From an uncultured Alphaproteobacteria bacterium (GTDB lineage Bacteria; Pseudomonadota; Alphaproteobacteria; Rhizobiales; Beijerinckiaceae), in contig CAWHDV010000008.1 of assembly GCA_963828185.1 (NCBI GenBank), forward strand, positions 126,029 to 190,028: a DNA stretch of 64,000 nt, given 5' to 3'. Shown here piece after piece: positions 20,701-30,596 of this stretch. A program made the translations under genes and the position numbers. The notes beneath the pieces are model-generated. The model did not search any database. It was not told the origin of the DNA and saw only the letters and a list, made by a program, of their open reading frames with translations. Position 1 is the first letter of the stretch, and the number at the start of each line of letters is the position of its first letter.

Positions 20701-22160
20701 TCCAGCCGACCGAGGCCGAAACGATTTGGACGCAGGAGCAGGCGCTGGTCGAAATCTTGCGTGGCCGGCTCGAGGGGCTTGGCCCGGTCACAGCGACGGC
20801 GCTCGCGGCGGGGCTGGGACTCGAGCCTCTGACAATCGGCGCGGCTCTGGCGGCGCTGGAAGTCGAGGGGACCATCCTGCGCGGACGCTTCCTGCCCGGC
20901 GTCAATGACGAGCAATGGTGCGACCGGCGCCTGCTCGCCCGCATCCACCACGCGACGATCAGGCGCCTGCGCTCGGAAATCGAGCCTGTCGCCGCGCGCG
21001 ATTTCCTGCGCTTCCTGTTCGCGTGGCAGCATGTGTCCGAGGACACGCAACTGGAGGGTCCGGCGGCGCTGCCGGCGGCGCTCGCGGTTCTCGACGGTTT
21101 CGAGGCGCCGGCCCGCGCCTGGGAGACGGAAATCCTGCCGGCGCGCATCAAGGCCTACCAGCCGTCCTGGCTCGACGCCCAGTGCCTCGCCGGCCGGACG
21201 ATTTGGGCGCGGCTTGCGCCGCCGTCCGGCGCAAAGGAGCTTCACGCTGGGCGCGCTCGCCCAGCCGGGTCGATCCGCTCGACGCCGATCGCGCTGCTGG
21301 ATCGGCGCGACGCGCAGGCCTGGATGGCGTTCGCTTCAAGGATCGATGCGCCCCAACCGAGTCCGCGTGGAAAAATCGTGCTGGAGCAACTGGCCGGGCA
21401 GGGCGCGCTGTTTTTCGACGAACTTGCGGCCTCGGCGCGCCTGTTGCGCTCGCAGGTTGAAGAGGCGCTGAGCGAATTGGTGGCGTTGGGGCTGGTGACG
21501 TCGGACAGTTTCGGCGGATTGCGCGCGCTGCTGACGCCGTCGGCCCAGCGAAAGCCGATCAACGGCGCAAAGCGGCGCGGCCGGGTGCTGGCCTTCGACA
21601 TGGAAAGCGGCGGGCGCTGGGCGCTGGTTCGACGCGCCCCGGCAGGCCAGATTGAGGTTCACGGCCAGATCGAGGAGCAGGGCGCGATCGAGACCGTCGC
21701 GCGCGCCCTGTTGCGCCGCTATGGCGTGGTGTTTTTCCGCATGCTGGCGCGCGAGAGCGGATTTCTGCCGCCCTGGCGCGACCTGCTGCGCGTCTATCGT
21801 CGCCTCGAAGCGCGTGGAGAAATTCGCGGCGGCCGTTTCGTCGCCGGTTTTTCGGGCGAGCAATTCGCGTTGCCCGAGGCGATCGGCCTGCTGCGGCAGA
21901 TCCGCCGGAAACCCGCCGCCGATGAATGGATATCGCTGTCGGGCGCCGATCCGCTCAATCTTGTCGGCGTTCTGACCCCCGGGGAAAGGCTGGCGGCGCT
22001 GACCGGCAACCGGATCGTCTTTCGCGACGGACTGCCCGTCGCGGCGCTTTCAGGCGGAAGGTTGCAGTTTTTCGCCCCGCTCGGCGGCGCCAGCCGGGCG
22101 GAGGCGGAGAGAAGGCTCATTCGCTCGGCCGCGCGAGGCGTGCTCGTTCCTTTCGCCTGA
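17741..22160 (+). CDS. lhr: Lhr-family SF2 (DEAD/DEAH-box) helicase, about 1470 aa, split by two -1 frameshifts (about 20164 and 20452)
   Basis: [37 protein letters not shown], and C-terminal [17 protein letters not shown]. Adding one G at 20164 gives [22 protein letters not shown]; adding one A to the run at 20450-20454 gives [21 protein letters not shown]. Confidence 0.9.
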
Positions 22161-22194
22161 CGATGACGCCATCACATCATCACGCCTTGCCGGA

Positions 22195-22219
22195 GGAACC
22201 GATGCGGCGCGGCAATGTT
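22195..22219 (+). promoter_or_regulatory. Putative EcfG/sigmaT promoter
   Basis: GGAAC-N16-TGTT, about 33 nt before ATG 22252. Confidence 0.5.
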
Positions 22220-22251
22220 AAGCGCCCTGAATGTGGGCGAGGGGCATGCGG

Positions 22252-23744
22252 ATGACGGGGTGGGTGCGGTTGCTGATGGCGGCGGCGTTATGGGCTTTTT
22301 CCGCCCTCTCGCCTCAAGACGCCATTGCCCAGGACAATTCGGTCCTGACCTACCATGGCGCCGGCAGCCGGAGCGGCCTGTTTGTCACGCCGGGGCTTTC
22401 ATTCGACAAGGCGAGGTCCGCGCGCCTTGACCGCGCCTTTGACGCCCATGTCGCAGGACATCTCTATGCCCAGCCGCTCTACTGGCATGCTTTGGAGTCG
22501 ACTGCGGCGATGCTGCTTGTCGCCACGGAGGACGACGTCGTCCAGGCCTTCGATGCGAAAAGCGGCAAGGAATTGTGGCGACGCGCGATTGGGCGGCCGG
22601 TCGCCGGTTCGTCCTTGCCATGCGGAAACGTCGATCCACTCGGGATCACCGGCACGCCGGTGATCGACCCCGCGACGCAGGCGATCTATTTCGACGCGGC
22701 GGTCGAGCGCGCGAACGGTCCTCGCCATGAGATATACGGGCTTTCGTTGACGGACGGCGCCGTCCTGCCCGGCTGGCCGGTCGATGTCGCCGAAGCCTTG
22801 GAGAAAAGCGGCAAACATTTTGATCCGCGCGTCCAGAACCAGCGCGCGGCCCTCAGCCTTCTCGGCGACACCGTCTATGTGGCGTTTGGCGGACATTTCG
22901 GCGATTGCGGCGATTACCATGGCTGGGTGGTCGGGTTGCCGGTTCGCGCTCCGGGCAAGCCTGTCAGTTTTGAAACGCGCGCGCGGGGTGGCGGCGTCTG
23001 GGCTCCGGGCGGAATGAGCGCCGTCGGACATGATCTCTATTTCGCGACCGGCAACACTTTCGGCGCCGCAACCTGGAGCGATGGCGAAGCTTTGTTCCGC
23101 GTCGGCGCCGACTTGCGCCGCGGCGACGCCAAAAAGGATTATTTTGTCCCGTCGGACTGGAAAGCGCTCGACGCCGACGATCTCGACCTCGGAGGCGCCA
23201 ATCCGCTTCCGCTCGACATTTCCGGCGCTGGCGGCGGGCGCCCCTGATGTTGGCGCTGGGCAAGGATGGCAAGGCCTATCTTCTCGATCAAGACAGACTC
23301 GGCGGCGTCGGCGGCCAATTGCTCGCCGAAACAATATCCCGATCGCGGATCATCACCTCACCGGCCGCCTTTCCTGTGGGCAAGGATGTCTTCGTCGCGG
23401 TGCAGACGCCGGGAGCGCATTGTCCGGAACCAAACTCAGGTGAAGGATTGCTGGTCCTCAAGATCACCGGAAGCCAGCAACCGACAATGACGACAGCCTG
23501 GTGCGGCGCCGTCCGCGGCCGCGGCTCGGCAATTGCGACCACCACGGACGGGCGTTCCAATCCGATCGTCTGGGCGCTTGGCGCGGAGGGCGACAACCGG
23601 CTGCACGCGTTTCGCGGCGATACGGGGGAACCGATCTTCACCAGTGAACCCTTGCGTGGACTACGACACTTGCAAACGCTGATCGCGACGCCGGACCGCC
23701 TCTATGTCGGCGCCGATGGACGCGTTTACGCATTTGATTTCTAA
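22252..23744 (+). CDS. Secreted PQQ-like beta-propeller repeat protein, split by a -1 frameshift at about 23243
   Basis: Signal peptide ending QDAIA-QD; VLTYHG, YAQPL, GITGTPVID, QNQRAAL, D.DLGG motifs. One extra C in the run at 23241-23244 joins the two ORFs (497 aa). Confidence 0.7.
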
Positions 23745-23810
23745 TTCGCGCGAACGCGTCCGACCGGCTCCCGACGCCATGGGCGAAGGCGACAAAACTG
23801 GAGAAATCGC

Positions 23811-24683
23811 ATGAAAATCGGATTTATCGGGCTTGGCCAGATGGGAAGCGCCATCGCTCATAATCTCGTCAAGGCGGGGCACGAGGTTGCTGTCTGGAAC
23901 CGCAATCCCGCCAAGATCGCGCCGCTCGTGGCGGCCGGGGCGCGCAAGGCCGAAACGCCTCGAGAAGCCGCCGGCGGCGCGATCGTCTTCACCATGCTGG
24001 CCAACGACGAGGCGGTCGAACGCGTGGTGTTTGGCGCCGACGGCGTCCTGGCGTCCACGGCGCGGCCGATCCATGTGTCGTTGAGCACGATCGGCGTCGC
24101 GCTCGCCGAGCGCCTGACCAAAGCGCATGCCGAGTTGGGCGGCGCTTACATTTCAGCGCCCGTGTTCGGCCGGCCGAGCGCCGCCGAGGCGGCGAAGCTT
24201 TTCGTGGTCGCGGCGGGCTCCGCCGACGCATTGGCCAAATGCGCGCCGCTGTTCGAGGCGGTCGGCCAGCGCACCTTCAACGTCGGCGAAACGCCCAAGG
24301 CCGCGAATGCGATCAAGCTATGCGGCAATTACATGATCATGGCCGCCATCGAGTCACTGGGCGAAGCCATGACCCTCGCCGCGAAGACCGGCGTGGACAA
24401 GGCCGTGCTGCTCGATGTCCTGACCAGCACGTTGTTCAATGCGCCGATATTCAAGACCTACGGCGCTATCCTGCTCGGCGAGAAATTCGAACCGGCTGGA
24501 TTTGCGGCTCCCCTCGGCCTCAAGGACATGAACCTGGTCGATGCGGCGGCGCTGGACGCCAGGGTTTCGATGCCAATTCTCGGCGTCCTGCGCGGACAGC
24601 TCGTGACCACGATCGCCAGGCATGGCGAGGGCGTCGATTGGTCGGCCATCGCCAAGGTCGTTGAGGAAAACAGCGGACGATGA
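23811..24683 (+). CDS. NAD(P)-dependent oxidoreductase, 3-hydroxyisobutyrate/6-phosphogluconate dehydrogenase family
   Basis: IGFIGLGQMG, VWNR, SAPVFGRP, KLCGN, GLKD; GGAG SD. Confidence 0.9.
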   Translation: MKIGFIGLGQMGSAIAHNLVKAGHEVAVWNRNPAKIAPLVAAGARKAETPREAAGGAIVFTMLANDEAVERVVFGADGVLASTARPIHVSLSTIGVALAERLTKAHAELGGAYISAPVFGRPSAAEAAKLFVVAAGSADALAKCAPLFEAVGQRTFNVGETPKAANAIKLCGNYMIMAAIESLGEAMTLAAKTGVDKAVLLDVLTSTLFNAPIFKTYGAILLGEKFEPAGFAAPLGLKDMNLVDAAALDARVSMPILGVLRGQLVTTIARHGEGVDWSAIAKVVEENSGR

Positions 24684-24729
24684 CGCGGCGGACGAAGCCG
24701 GCGATGTCGCGCGGAAAAGCGTCCGCACA

Positions 24730-24768
24730 TTGACGATCGCAAACCGCGGCGGCAATCTGTAGATTGCC
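24730..24768 (+). promoter_or_regulatory. Putative sigma70 promoter of the greA-like gene; the -10 lies inside a 7-bp inverted repeat
   Basis: TTGACG-N17-CAATCT; GGCAATC-TGTA-GATTGCC at 24751-24768. Confidence 0.45.
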
Positions 24769-24848
24769 CGCATGGAGAAAATCGGATTTCTCTGTTTGAC
24801 GGGCGCTGACGAGGCGGGTCGGTCCGTCTGGCTTGAAAGGAGCCCAGG

Positions 24849-25331
24849 ATGAGCGTCGCCTTCACCAAGGAAGACAGTGCGGAAACGGCGTCGGAGACTT
24901 TGCTGCCTGACCGCCCGGTTTCGCCTCATCCGAACCTTGTTACGGCAACGGGATTGAAGGCTCTTGAATTGCAACTCGAACAGGCTCGCGAGGCGTACGA
25001 GACGGCGCAGAAAATCGAGGACCTGAATGAACGACGGCGGCAGGCGGCAATTCCCTTGCGCAATATGCGCTACTTTGTGGCGAGAGTTCGGACCGCTCAG
25101 GTCATCGCCGATCCCGTGTCAACCGAAACCGTCGCCTTTGGCGGCACGGTGACGTTTAGACGCGAGGATGGGCGCGTGCAGACATACCGCATCGTCGGTG
25201 AGGACGAAGCGGACCCCAAGTCCGGCTCCATTTCCTTCGTATCCCCAGTGGCGCGGCTTCTGATGAGCAAGGCTGTTGGCGATGAAGCCGGCGCATCCGG
25301 TCAAGAGCTTGAGATCATTTCGATCTCCTAG
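24849..25331 (+). CDS. GreA/GreB-family transcription factor-like protein
   Basis: C-terminal VAFGGTV..YRIVGEDEADPKSGSISFVSPVARLL is the GreA C-domain; the N-terminus is the short MSVAFTKE type. Confidence 0.85.
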   Translation: MSVAFTKEDSAETASETLLPDRPVSPHPNLVTATGLKALELQLEQAREAYETAQKIEDLNERRRQAAIPLRNMRYFVARVRTAQVIADPVSTETVAFGGTVTFRREDGRVQTYRIVGEDEADPKSGSISFVSPVARLLMSKAVGDEAGASGQELEIISIS

Positions 25332-26632
25332 CATGCCTGGTCGCGCGTTTCTCCTAAGGTCGCGAGAACTGGAAGGACGCAAATGGCGACCGCCGCAATC
25401 ATCGCTCCGGGGATCAAGAGACAGCCAGTCCTCTCGATGAGGTATTGTGAGAGAAAGGGCGTGAAACCACCGAAAATTGCGGTCGCCAGCGTCGATCCGA
25501 GCGCCAGCCCGCTGAGGCGCCCCTCGCCAGGCAGCAACTCGGCGCTCGTCACGGCGCCGACTGCGCTGACCCCGCCGCCCAGAGCCGCCAGGATCAACGC
25601 GCCTGCCAGTATTTGCGCAGCCGACCCGCTGGCCATGAGCGCGAACATCGATATGGGCAAGACGGCCGCGCCGCCGCACAGGATGATCAGGACCGGCTTG
25701 CGCCCCAGGGCATCGGCCGCCGCGCCTGCAAATGGCGTGACGAGGACGACCGCGCAGGCGGCGATCGTCGAAATCCAGAGCGCATCGCCCTCATGCATCG
25801 AGTGCGCCGCCAGCAAAAACGCCGGGACATAGGTGATGCCGACGTAATAGGTCACCGACCCCAAAGCTGAAATCGCAAAGCCTCGGATGATCGCCGCACG
25901 GTAATCGCGCAATGCGAGCCGGAGCGGAGAAGCCGGCACGACGCCCCGGGCTCGCTGATTCGTGAAGACCGGCGATTCCTGCATCGCCGAGCGAAGGATC
26001 CATACCGCGCCCGCAAGCGCGGCGCCGACAAAAAAAGGGATCCTCCACCCCCATGACGCCAGCTCCGCGCTGCTCATCGACGCCGCGGTGACCGCGCAGA
26101 CGCTCGCCGCCATCAATCCGCCGACTTCGCTGGCCGCGGCGGCCAGGGACGCGATGAGGCCCCGACGATGTCGCGGCGCTCCCTCCAGAAGATAGACCAC
26201 GACACCCGCGTACTCGCCTCCCACCGAGAACGCCATGACGCAGCGAAGCAGGACCAGAAGCCAGCCGGCGGCCGGGCCTATCTCGGCTCGCGTGGGCAAC
26301 AGGGCCATGGCGAGCATGGCGGCGGTGATCAGGAACATGGAAATCAGCATCGTGCGGCGCCGCCCATAGCGGTCGCCGATGTGCCCGAACACAACCGCGC
26401 CGACAGGCCGCATGGCATAGGCAAGGGCAAAGCCGCCGAGCGCAACCAGCGTCGAGGCGTCGCCGTTCTCGAAGAAGACCCTCGACAACACCGTGATCAT
26501 GTAGAGATAGAGCGTGAAATCGTACCATTCGACAATTGTCGAGAAGGCGGCAATCGCCATCGAGGTTGGCGAGACGGTTTCCGGCGTGCCGGCGCTCTCG
26601 CTTGCGACGCGCCGCGATTCACGAACAGCCAC
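25328..26632 (-). CDS. MFS transporter, metabolite:H+ symporter (MHS, ProP-like) family; start uncertain (26632 or 26560)
   Basis: STIVEWYDF, MRPVG..FGHIGDRYGRR, SVGGEYAG, WGWRIPF. Confidence 0.88.
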   Translation of the reverse strand: MAVRESRRVASESAGTPETVSPTSMAIAAFSTIVEWYDFTLYLYMITVLSRVFFENGDASTLVALGGFALAYAMRPVGAVVFGHIGDRYGRRRTMLISMFLITAAMLAMALLPTRAEIGPAAGWLLVLLRCVMAFSVGGEYAGVVVYLLEGAPRHRRGLIASLAAAASEVGGLMAASVCAVTAASMSSAELASWGWRIPFFVGAALAGAVWILRSAMQESPVFTNQRARGVVPASPLRLALRDYRAAIIRGFAISALGSVTYYVGITYVPAFLLAAHSMHEGDALWISTIAACAVVLVTPFAGAAADALGRKPVLIILCGGAAVLPISMFALMASGSAAQILAGALILAALGGGVSAVGAVTSAELLPGEGRLSGLALGSTLATAIFGGFTPFLSQYLIERTGCLLIPGAMIAAVAICVLPVLATLGETRDQAC

Positions 26633-26843
26633 TTCCAAGCAAAGCCTCGGCAAATATTTGCAAGGGAACGCGGAAAGGGCCGTTTGGTTGCGGTTCGCTG
26701 GCCAGAAAGCCAGCCTCAAGCTCGCCATCGAAGCGCTCGACCAGGCGTTGGAAGCGCGCAATCCCGCGGGAGGTTCGCCTCGTAGCCGAATATTGGCGGC
26801 GCGGCGACGGGGAACAGCGAATGATAATTTTCCCTGGCAAGCG

Positions 26844-26869
26844 TGAACGCAACCTGTTGTCCAGGCGTT
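26844..26869 (+). promoter_or_regulatory. Possible EcfG-type promoter of the USP gene
   Basis: TGAAC-N17-CGTT, 37 nt before ATG 26906. Confidence 0.4.
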
Positions 26870-26905
26870 TGAAAGATGCTCTCTGGCATATTGGAGTTTG
26901 TTCCG

Positions 26906-27775
26906 ATGGCTGAGAAGTCCGGCTCGGCCCATGAATCCGCCGTCCCTCCCGACAGCCTGCATGTCTGCGCGCTTTTACCCGAGGTCGAAACCGCGTTGTC
27001 GACGCTGCGATGCGCTGTCGCCGCCAGCAAAGGCTTTGCGGCGGATATCTGCGCCGTACACGTCGGTTTTGACCCAAAACACACCTTCGTCGACGCCGAA
27101 GAGCAGGACGTCCAGCAGTTGCGGGACATTTACGAAGGCGCGCCGGAAGTCCGGACCGCCCGCATCAAGGCGATTGTCGACGCCTTCCAGATTTCGTCGC
27201 CGGACGCGCCGCACATCGATTGGCGCAATGACGAGGGAGACATCGCCGCCAATGTCGTGTTCGAAGCCTATGTGGCGAGCCTCGTCGTCATCGGCCGCCC
27301 CGTTCACATGGACGCAGCCGACGCCTTCCACAGCGTGCTGTTCGGCGCGCACCGCCTTGTGCTTTTGGCGCCTCGCGATGTCGGCGGCGCGGAAAGAACG
27401 ATAGGGCGGCGTATCGTCGTCGGCTGGAAGCCTGGAAAGGCGGCGGAGCAAACGGTGAAGGCCGCGCTGCCCTGGTTGAGGAAAGCGGAAAAAGTCAGCG
27501 TCGTCTGGACGGCAAAGGCGGGCGCCGAACCCTATGATCAAAGCGCGCGCGCCTTTTTCGCGAAAACCGGGATCGAAGCCAATATCATCCGCCTTGAACC
27601 GGGTCGCCAAAGCGTGGGCTTGCAATTGCTCGACGAAACGAAGCGCCTCGGCGGCGACTGCCTGTTGATCGGAGCCTTCCGGCGCAGCGCTCTATGGGAA
27701 ACCCTGCTTGGCGGCGTCACTCATGACGTTCTCAACCACGCGGAACTCCCGGTCTTTCTGATGCGGGCCAAATGA
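26906..27775 (+). CDS. Universal stress protein (tandem Usp domains)
   Basis: IVVGWK..AVKAALPWL, LLIGAF..LWETLLGGVTHDVLNHAELPVFLM; GGAG SD. Confidence 0.88.
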   Translation: MAEKSGSAHESAVPPDSLHVCALLPEVETALSTLRCAVAASKGFAADICAVHVGFDPKHTFVDAEEQDVQQLRDIYEGAPEVRTARIKAIVDAFQISSPDAPHIDWRNDEGDIAANVVFEAYVASLVVIGRPVHMDAADAFHSVLFGAHRLVLLAPRDVGGAERTIGRRIVVGWKPGKAAEQTVKAALPWLRKAEKVSVVWTAKAGAEPYDQSARAFFAKTGIEANIIRLEPGRQSVGLQLLDETKRLGGDCLLIGAFRRSALWETLLGGVTHDVLNHAELPVFLMRAK

Positions 27776-27815
27776 AGGTCTGACGCTGGGTTCCATTTTG
27801 TCCCATTCCTTCGGG

Positions 27816-29798
27816 TTAAAACAGCGTCAATCCCAGCACGAGCACGAGCAGGAAGCCGATCAGGCCGATGTAAAAGTTCAAGCTTCCCGACTGGAGCAAT
27901 CGAAGTTTGCCGGAAACGGCGCGCACGGCGCGCACCGAGGGCTCGAACAGGTGGGGACCAAAAATCGGCGCCACGTCGTGTTCGAAACTGAGTTTCTTCA
28001 CGAAATAGCCGCCGGCGTCGGCATCCCGCTCGGTGATCGCCGTCGGGCGATAGACGAAACTGTAGAATGTGCGCATGGCGTTCGAGAAAGTCAGGGCGGT
28101 CGTCGCGGCCCGCGCCGGATCGTGCGAGAGCCCGCCGTACCAGACCCGGGATCGACGGACGGGATAGCGTCGACTGGCCAGGATGAGCCCCACCGGCACG
28201 AGCGCCAGAAGCGGCATGACGACGACAAGCAGCGTCGGCGAAATGAACGCGAAATGCGCGGTGAGGGGAACGAGAAGCGGACCGTCGTGCATCAGGCGTG
28301 ATACGGAAGCGCCAAAATGGTTCGCCGTCGCCACATCGAGCGCGTCCAGCCAGATCGGCATGCCCGCCCCGAGGGCAAGGACCGAAAGTCCCAGCAAGCC
28401 GACGGTCAACGCGTAGGGGCGCGAGATCGGCGCGGCGCGACTGGCGTCTCGCCCGAGAGCGCCAATGCCGAACAGCTTCACGAAAGTGGCGAATGCGATG
28501 GCCGCGGTAAGAGCCAGTCCGGCGCCGGTGAGCGCCAGCACGAGACGGCCGGCGAGGTCGGGCAGATGAAAACCCTGGAAGACCGTCTGGAACATGAACC
28601 ATTCGCTGACGAAGCCGGCGACCGGCGGCATGGCCGCGAGACTCATGGCGCTGAACAGGGCGCCGACGCCGAACAGCCAATTGCGTCCCGCCCCGCTCGT
28701 CGTGATCGCATAGGTTCCCGACGAGCGATACAATCCGTCCGCCGCCAGGAACAACGAACCCTTCGCCAGCGCATGGCCGGCGAGATGCAGCAGCGCGACG
28801 GTCCAGGCAAGCCCGGCGAGATCGGCCATGCGATAGTGGCGAAAGAGCATCGCGGCGCCGAGGGCGACGACAGCGATCGACGCGTTTTCCGCGGAAGAAA
28901 AGCTCAGGAGCCGGCGCCAGTCATCCTGCTGGAACGCATAGAGGATGGTCAGGATAGCGCTGATCGTTCCAACCACGATGACAATGATGGAAAGCAACGG
29001 GAACGAATGATCGGGCGCCGCGGGCAGCCATTCGACCAATCCGCGCGATAGCCCGAAGAACGCCGCATTCAATACGACCCCGGAAAGGATCGCGCCCGTC
29101 GCGCCGCTGCCGGAGCCGTAAGCGCCCGGAAACCACTCGTAAAACGGCGCCAACCCGAGCTTCGCGCCGAAGCCGGCCAGCAAGAGAAGGCCGACGCCAA
29201 GCCGCATTGCCGGCGTCAAACCCGACGCGCCCTTGACGAAGCCCGCGAAGCCGAGCGAATTGGCTCCAAGGCTTAAAATTGCGACGGCAAGGACAAGGGC
29301 GACAGCGCCGACTTCCAGCAGCGCAAGCATGAACAGGATCGTCCGTCCGGGCGACGGCTCCATCCGCTCCGACAAGATCATCACGGCGCCGCCGAGACCT
29401 ATCGCCTCCCAGGCGACAAGCAATGCGGCTCCGTTTTGCAGCCCGAACACGCCGAGCGCGCCGAGCAGGCTGAAGGCCGCGCCGAAAAACCAGCCGCCTC
29501 GGCCGCGCTCCGACGGACTAGCAAACGCACACGCGAACACGGCCGGCGTCAAACCGAACCCGAGCAGCCACAGGGCCTCCGGCGCCAGATGGAAGGCCAC
29601 GGCTTCCCCCGCGAGCCGGACCGGCAGCCGAACCGGGTCGGCCGCATTCGGAAGCGCGAGACTGGCGGCGGCAACGCCAGCGACGGCGCCGATGGCCAGC
29701 AGAACGCCGCTGAGCCTAGCCCAACGCTTCGACAGCGCAGCGACGGCCGCTCCTGCCCACAGCACGAAGGATGCCAGAAGGAGCCAGTCAGCCGCCAA
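27816..29798 (-). CDS. Proton-conducting membrane subunit, HyfB/NuoL-like (Ehr complex)
   Basis: AWEAIGL, GFGAKLGLAPFYEWFP.AY, LLSFSSAEN, HALAKGSLFL, LAAMPPVAGFVSEW; TTG start with GGAGG SD, overlapping the upstream gene. Confidence 0.9.
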   Translation of the reverse strand: MAADWLLLASFVLWAGAAVAALSKRWARLSGVLLAIGAVAGVAAASLALPNAADPVRLPVRLAGEAVAFHLAPEALWLLGFGLTPAVFACAFASPSERGRGGWFFGAAFSLLGALGVFGLQNGAALLVAWEAIGLGGAVMILSERMEPSPGRTILFMLALLEVGAVALVLAVAILSLGANSLGFAGFVKGASGLTPAMRLGVGLLLLAGFGAKLGLAPFYEWFPGAYGSGSGATGAILSGVVLNAAFFGLSRGLVEWLPAAPDHSFPLLSIIVIVVGTISAILTILYAFQQDDWRRLLSFSSAENASIAVVALGAAMLFRHYRMADLAGLAWTVALLHLAGHALAKGSLFLAADGLYRSSGTYAITTSGAGRNWLFGVGALFSAMSLAAMPPVAGFVSEWFMFQTVFQGFHLPDLAGRLVLALTGAGLALTAAIAFATFVKLFGIGALGRDASRAAPISRPYALTVGLLGLSVLALGAGMPIWLDALDVATANHFGASVSRLMHDGPLLVPLTAHFAFISPTLLVVVMPLLALVPVGLILASRRYPVRRSRVWYGGLSHDPARAATTALTFSNAMRTFYSFVYRPTAITERDADAGGYFVKKLSFEHDVAPIFGPHLFEPSVRAVRAVSGKLRLLQSGSLNFYIGLIGFLLVLVLGLTLF

Positions 29799-30586
29799 CG
29801 CGACCTCCCCTGACCCGTTGAGGCGCGCGATCGAGAAACATCAGCAGCGCCTCGATGATCGCCGCAGGATTCGGAGGGCATCCTGGCAAATAGAGATCGA
29901 CCGGAAGCACGCCTTCAAGTCCTGTGCCGCAAGCATAATTCCCGCCGGCGATTCCTCCCGACACCGCGCAGGTCCCTACCGCCATGACCCATCGCGGTTC
30001 CGGCATGGCCTCATAGGTCGCCCGGAGCGGCTCGAGCATTGGCCGCGTGACCGGCCCCGTCACCAGCAACAAATCGGCGAAGCGCGGCGAAGGCGTGAAA
30101 AAGACGCCGAAGCGGTGCAGGTTGTAGAAGGGATTGTCCAGGCCTTGCAACTCGGATTCGCAGCCATTGCACGAGCCGGCGTCAACGTGGCGAACATGCA
30201 GGCTGCGGCGGAACGCTTGACGGTCTTGGCGCTCTTGCTTGCCCGCGGCCTGCGGCGCCTTGGCGTCCGCAGCCCACACGAGGTCATCGCGGCTGCGGAC
30301 GCCGAACGCCCAATCGCCGGACGGCGCCATGGCCCCGGTCGGACAGGCCTCGGTGCAAAGCTGGCAGACGACGCAACGTCCATAATCCAGCGCGATCTTG
30401 CCGTCGCGCGCTTCGATTGCATGGGTGGGGCAGGCGGCGGCGCAGTCGTCGCAACCTTGCTGGCACGCCTCGGGATTGAATTCGAGGCATGCCGAGAAAC
30501 CCGGCCTGCCCGTCGTCGCCCTTCGCAGCGGGCCAGGCCGTGGTGGCCTTGCCGCTCGCCAGTCCAAACAAGGTCCAAAGCGCCAT
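29788..30586 (-). CDS. Small subunit, NuoB/HyfI-like, fused to an N-terminal 2x[4Fe-4S] ferredoxin; +1 frameshift at about 30481
   Basis: The true N-terminus MALWTLFG (ORF 30284..30586, SD GAGG) joins CQQGCDDCAAACP / CVVCQLCTEACP and GSCNGCE..SPRFAD..GTC..GCPPNP. Confidence 0.88.
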
Positions 30587-30596
30587 CCTCGTCCCC

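Noticed and set aside
26765-26830. Second fluoride-riboswitch-like string (GGGAGGTTCGCC / GGCGACGGGGAAC) between the MFS and USP genes
   Set aside because: There is no P1 partner, no URAUG and no pseudoknot complement in the right order on either strand.
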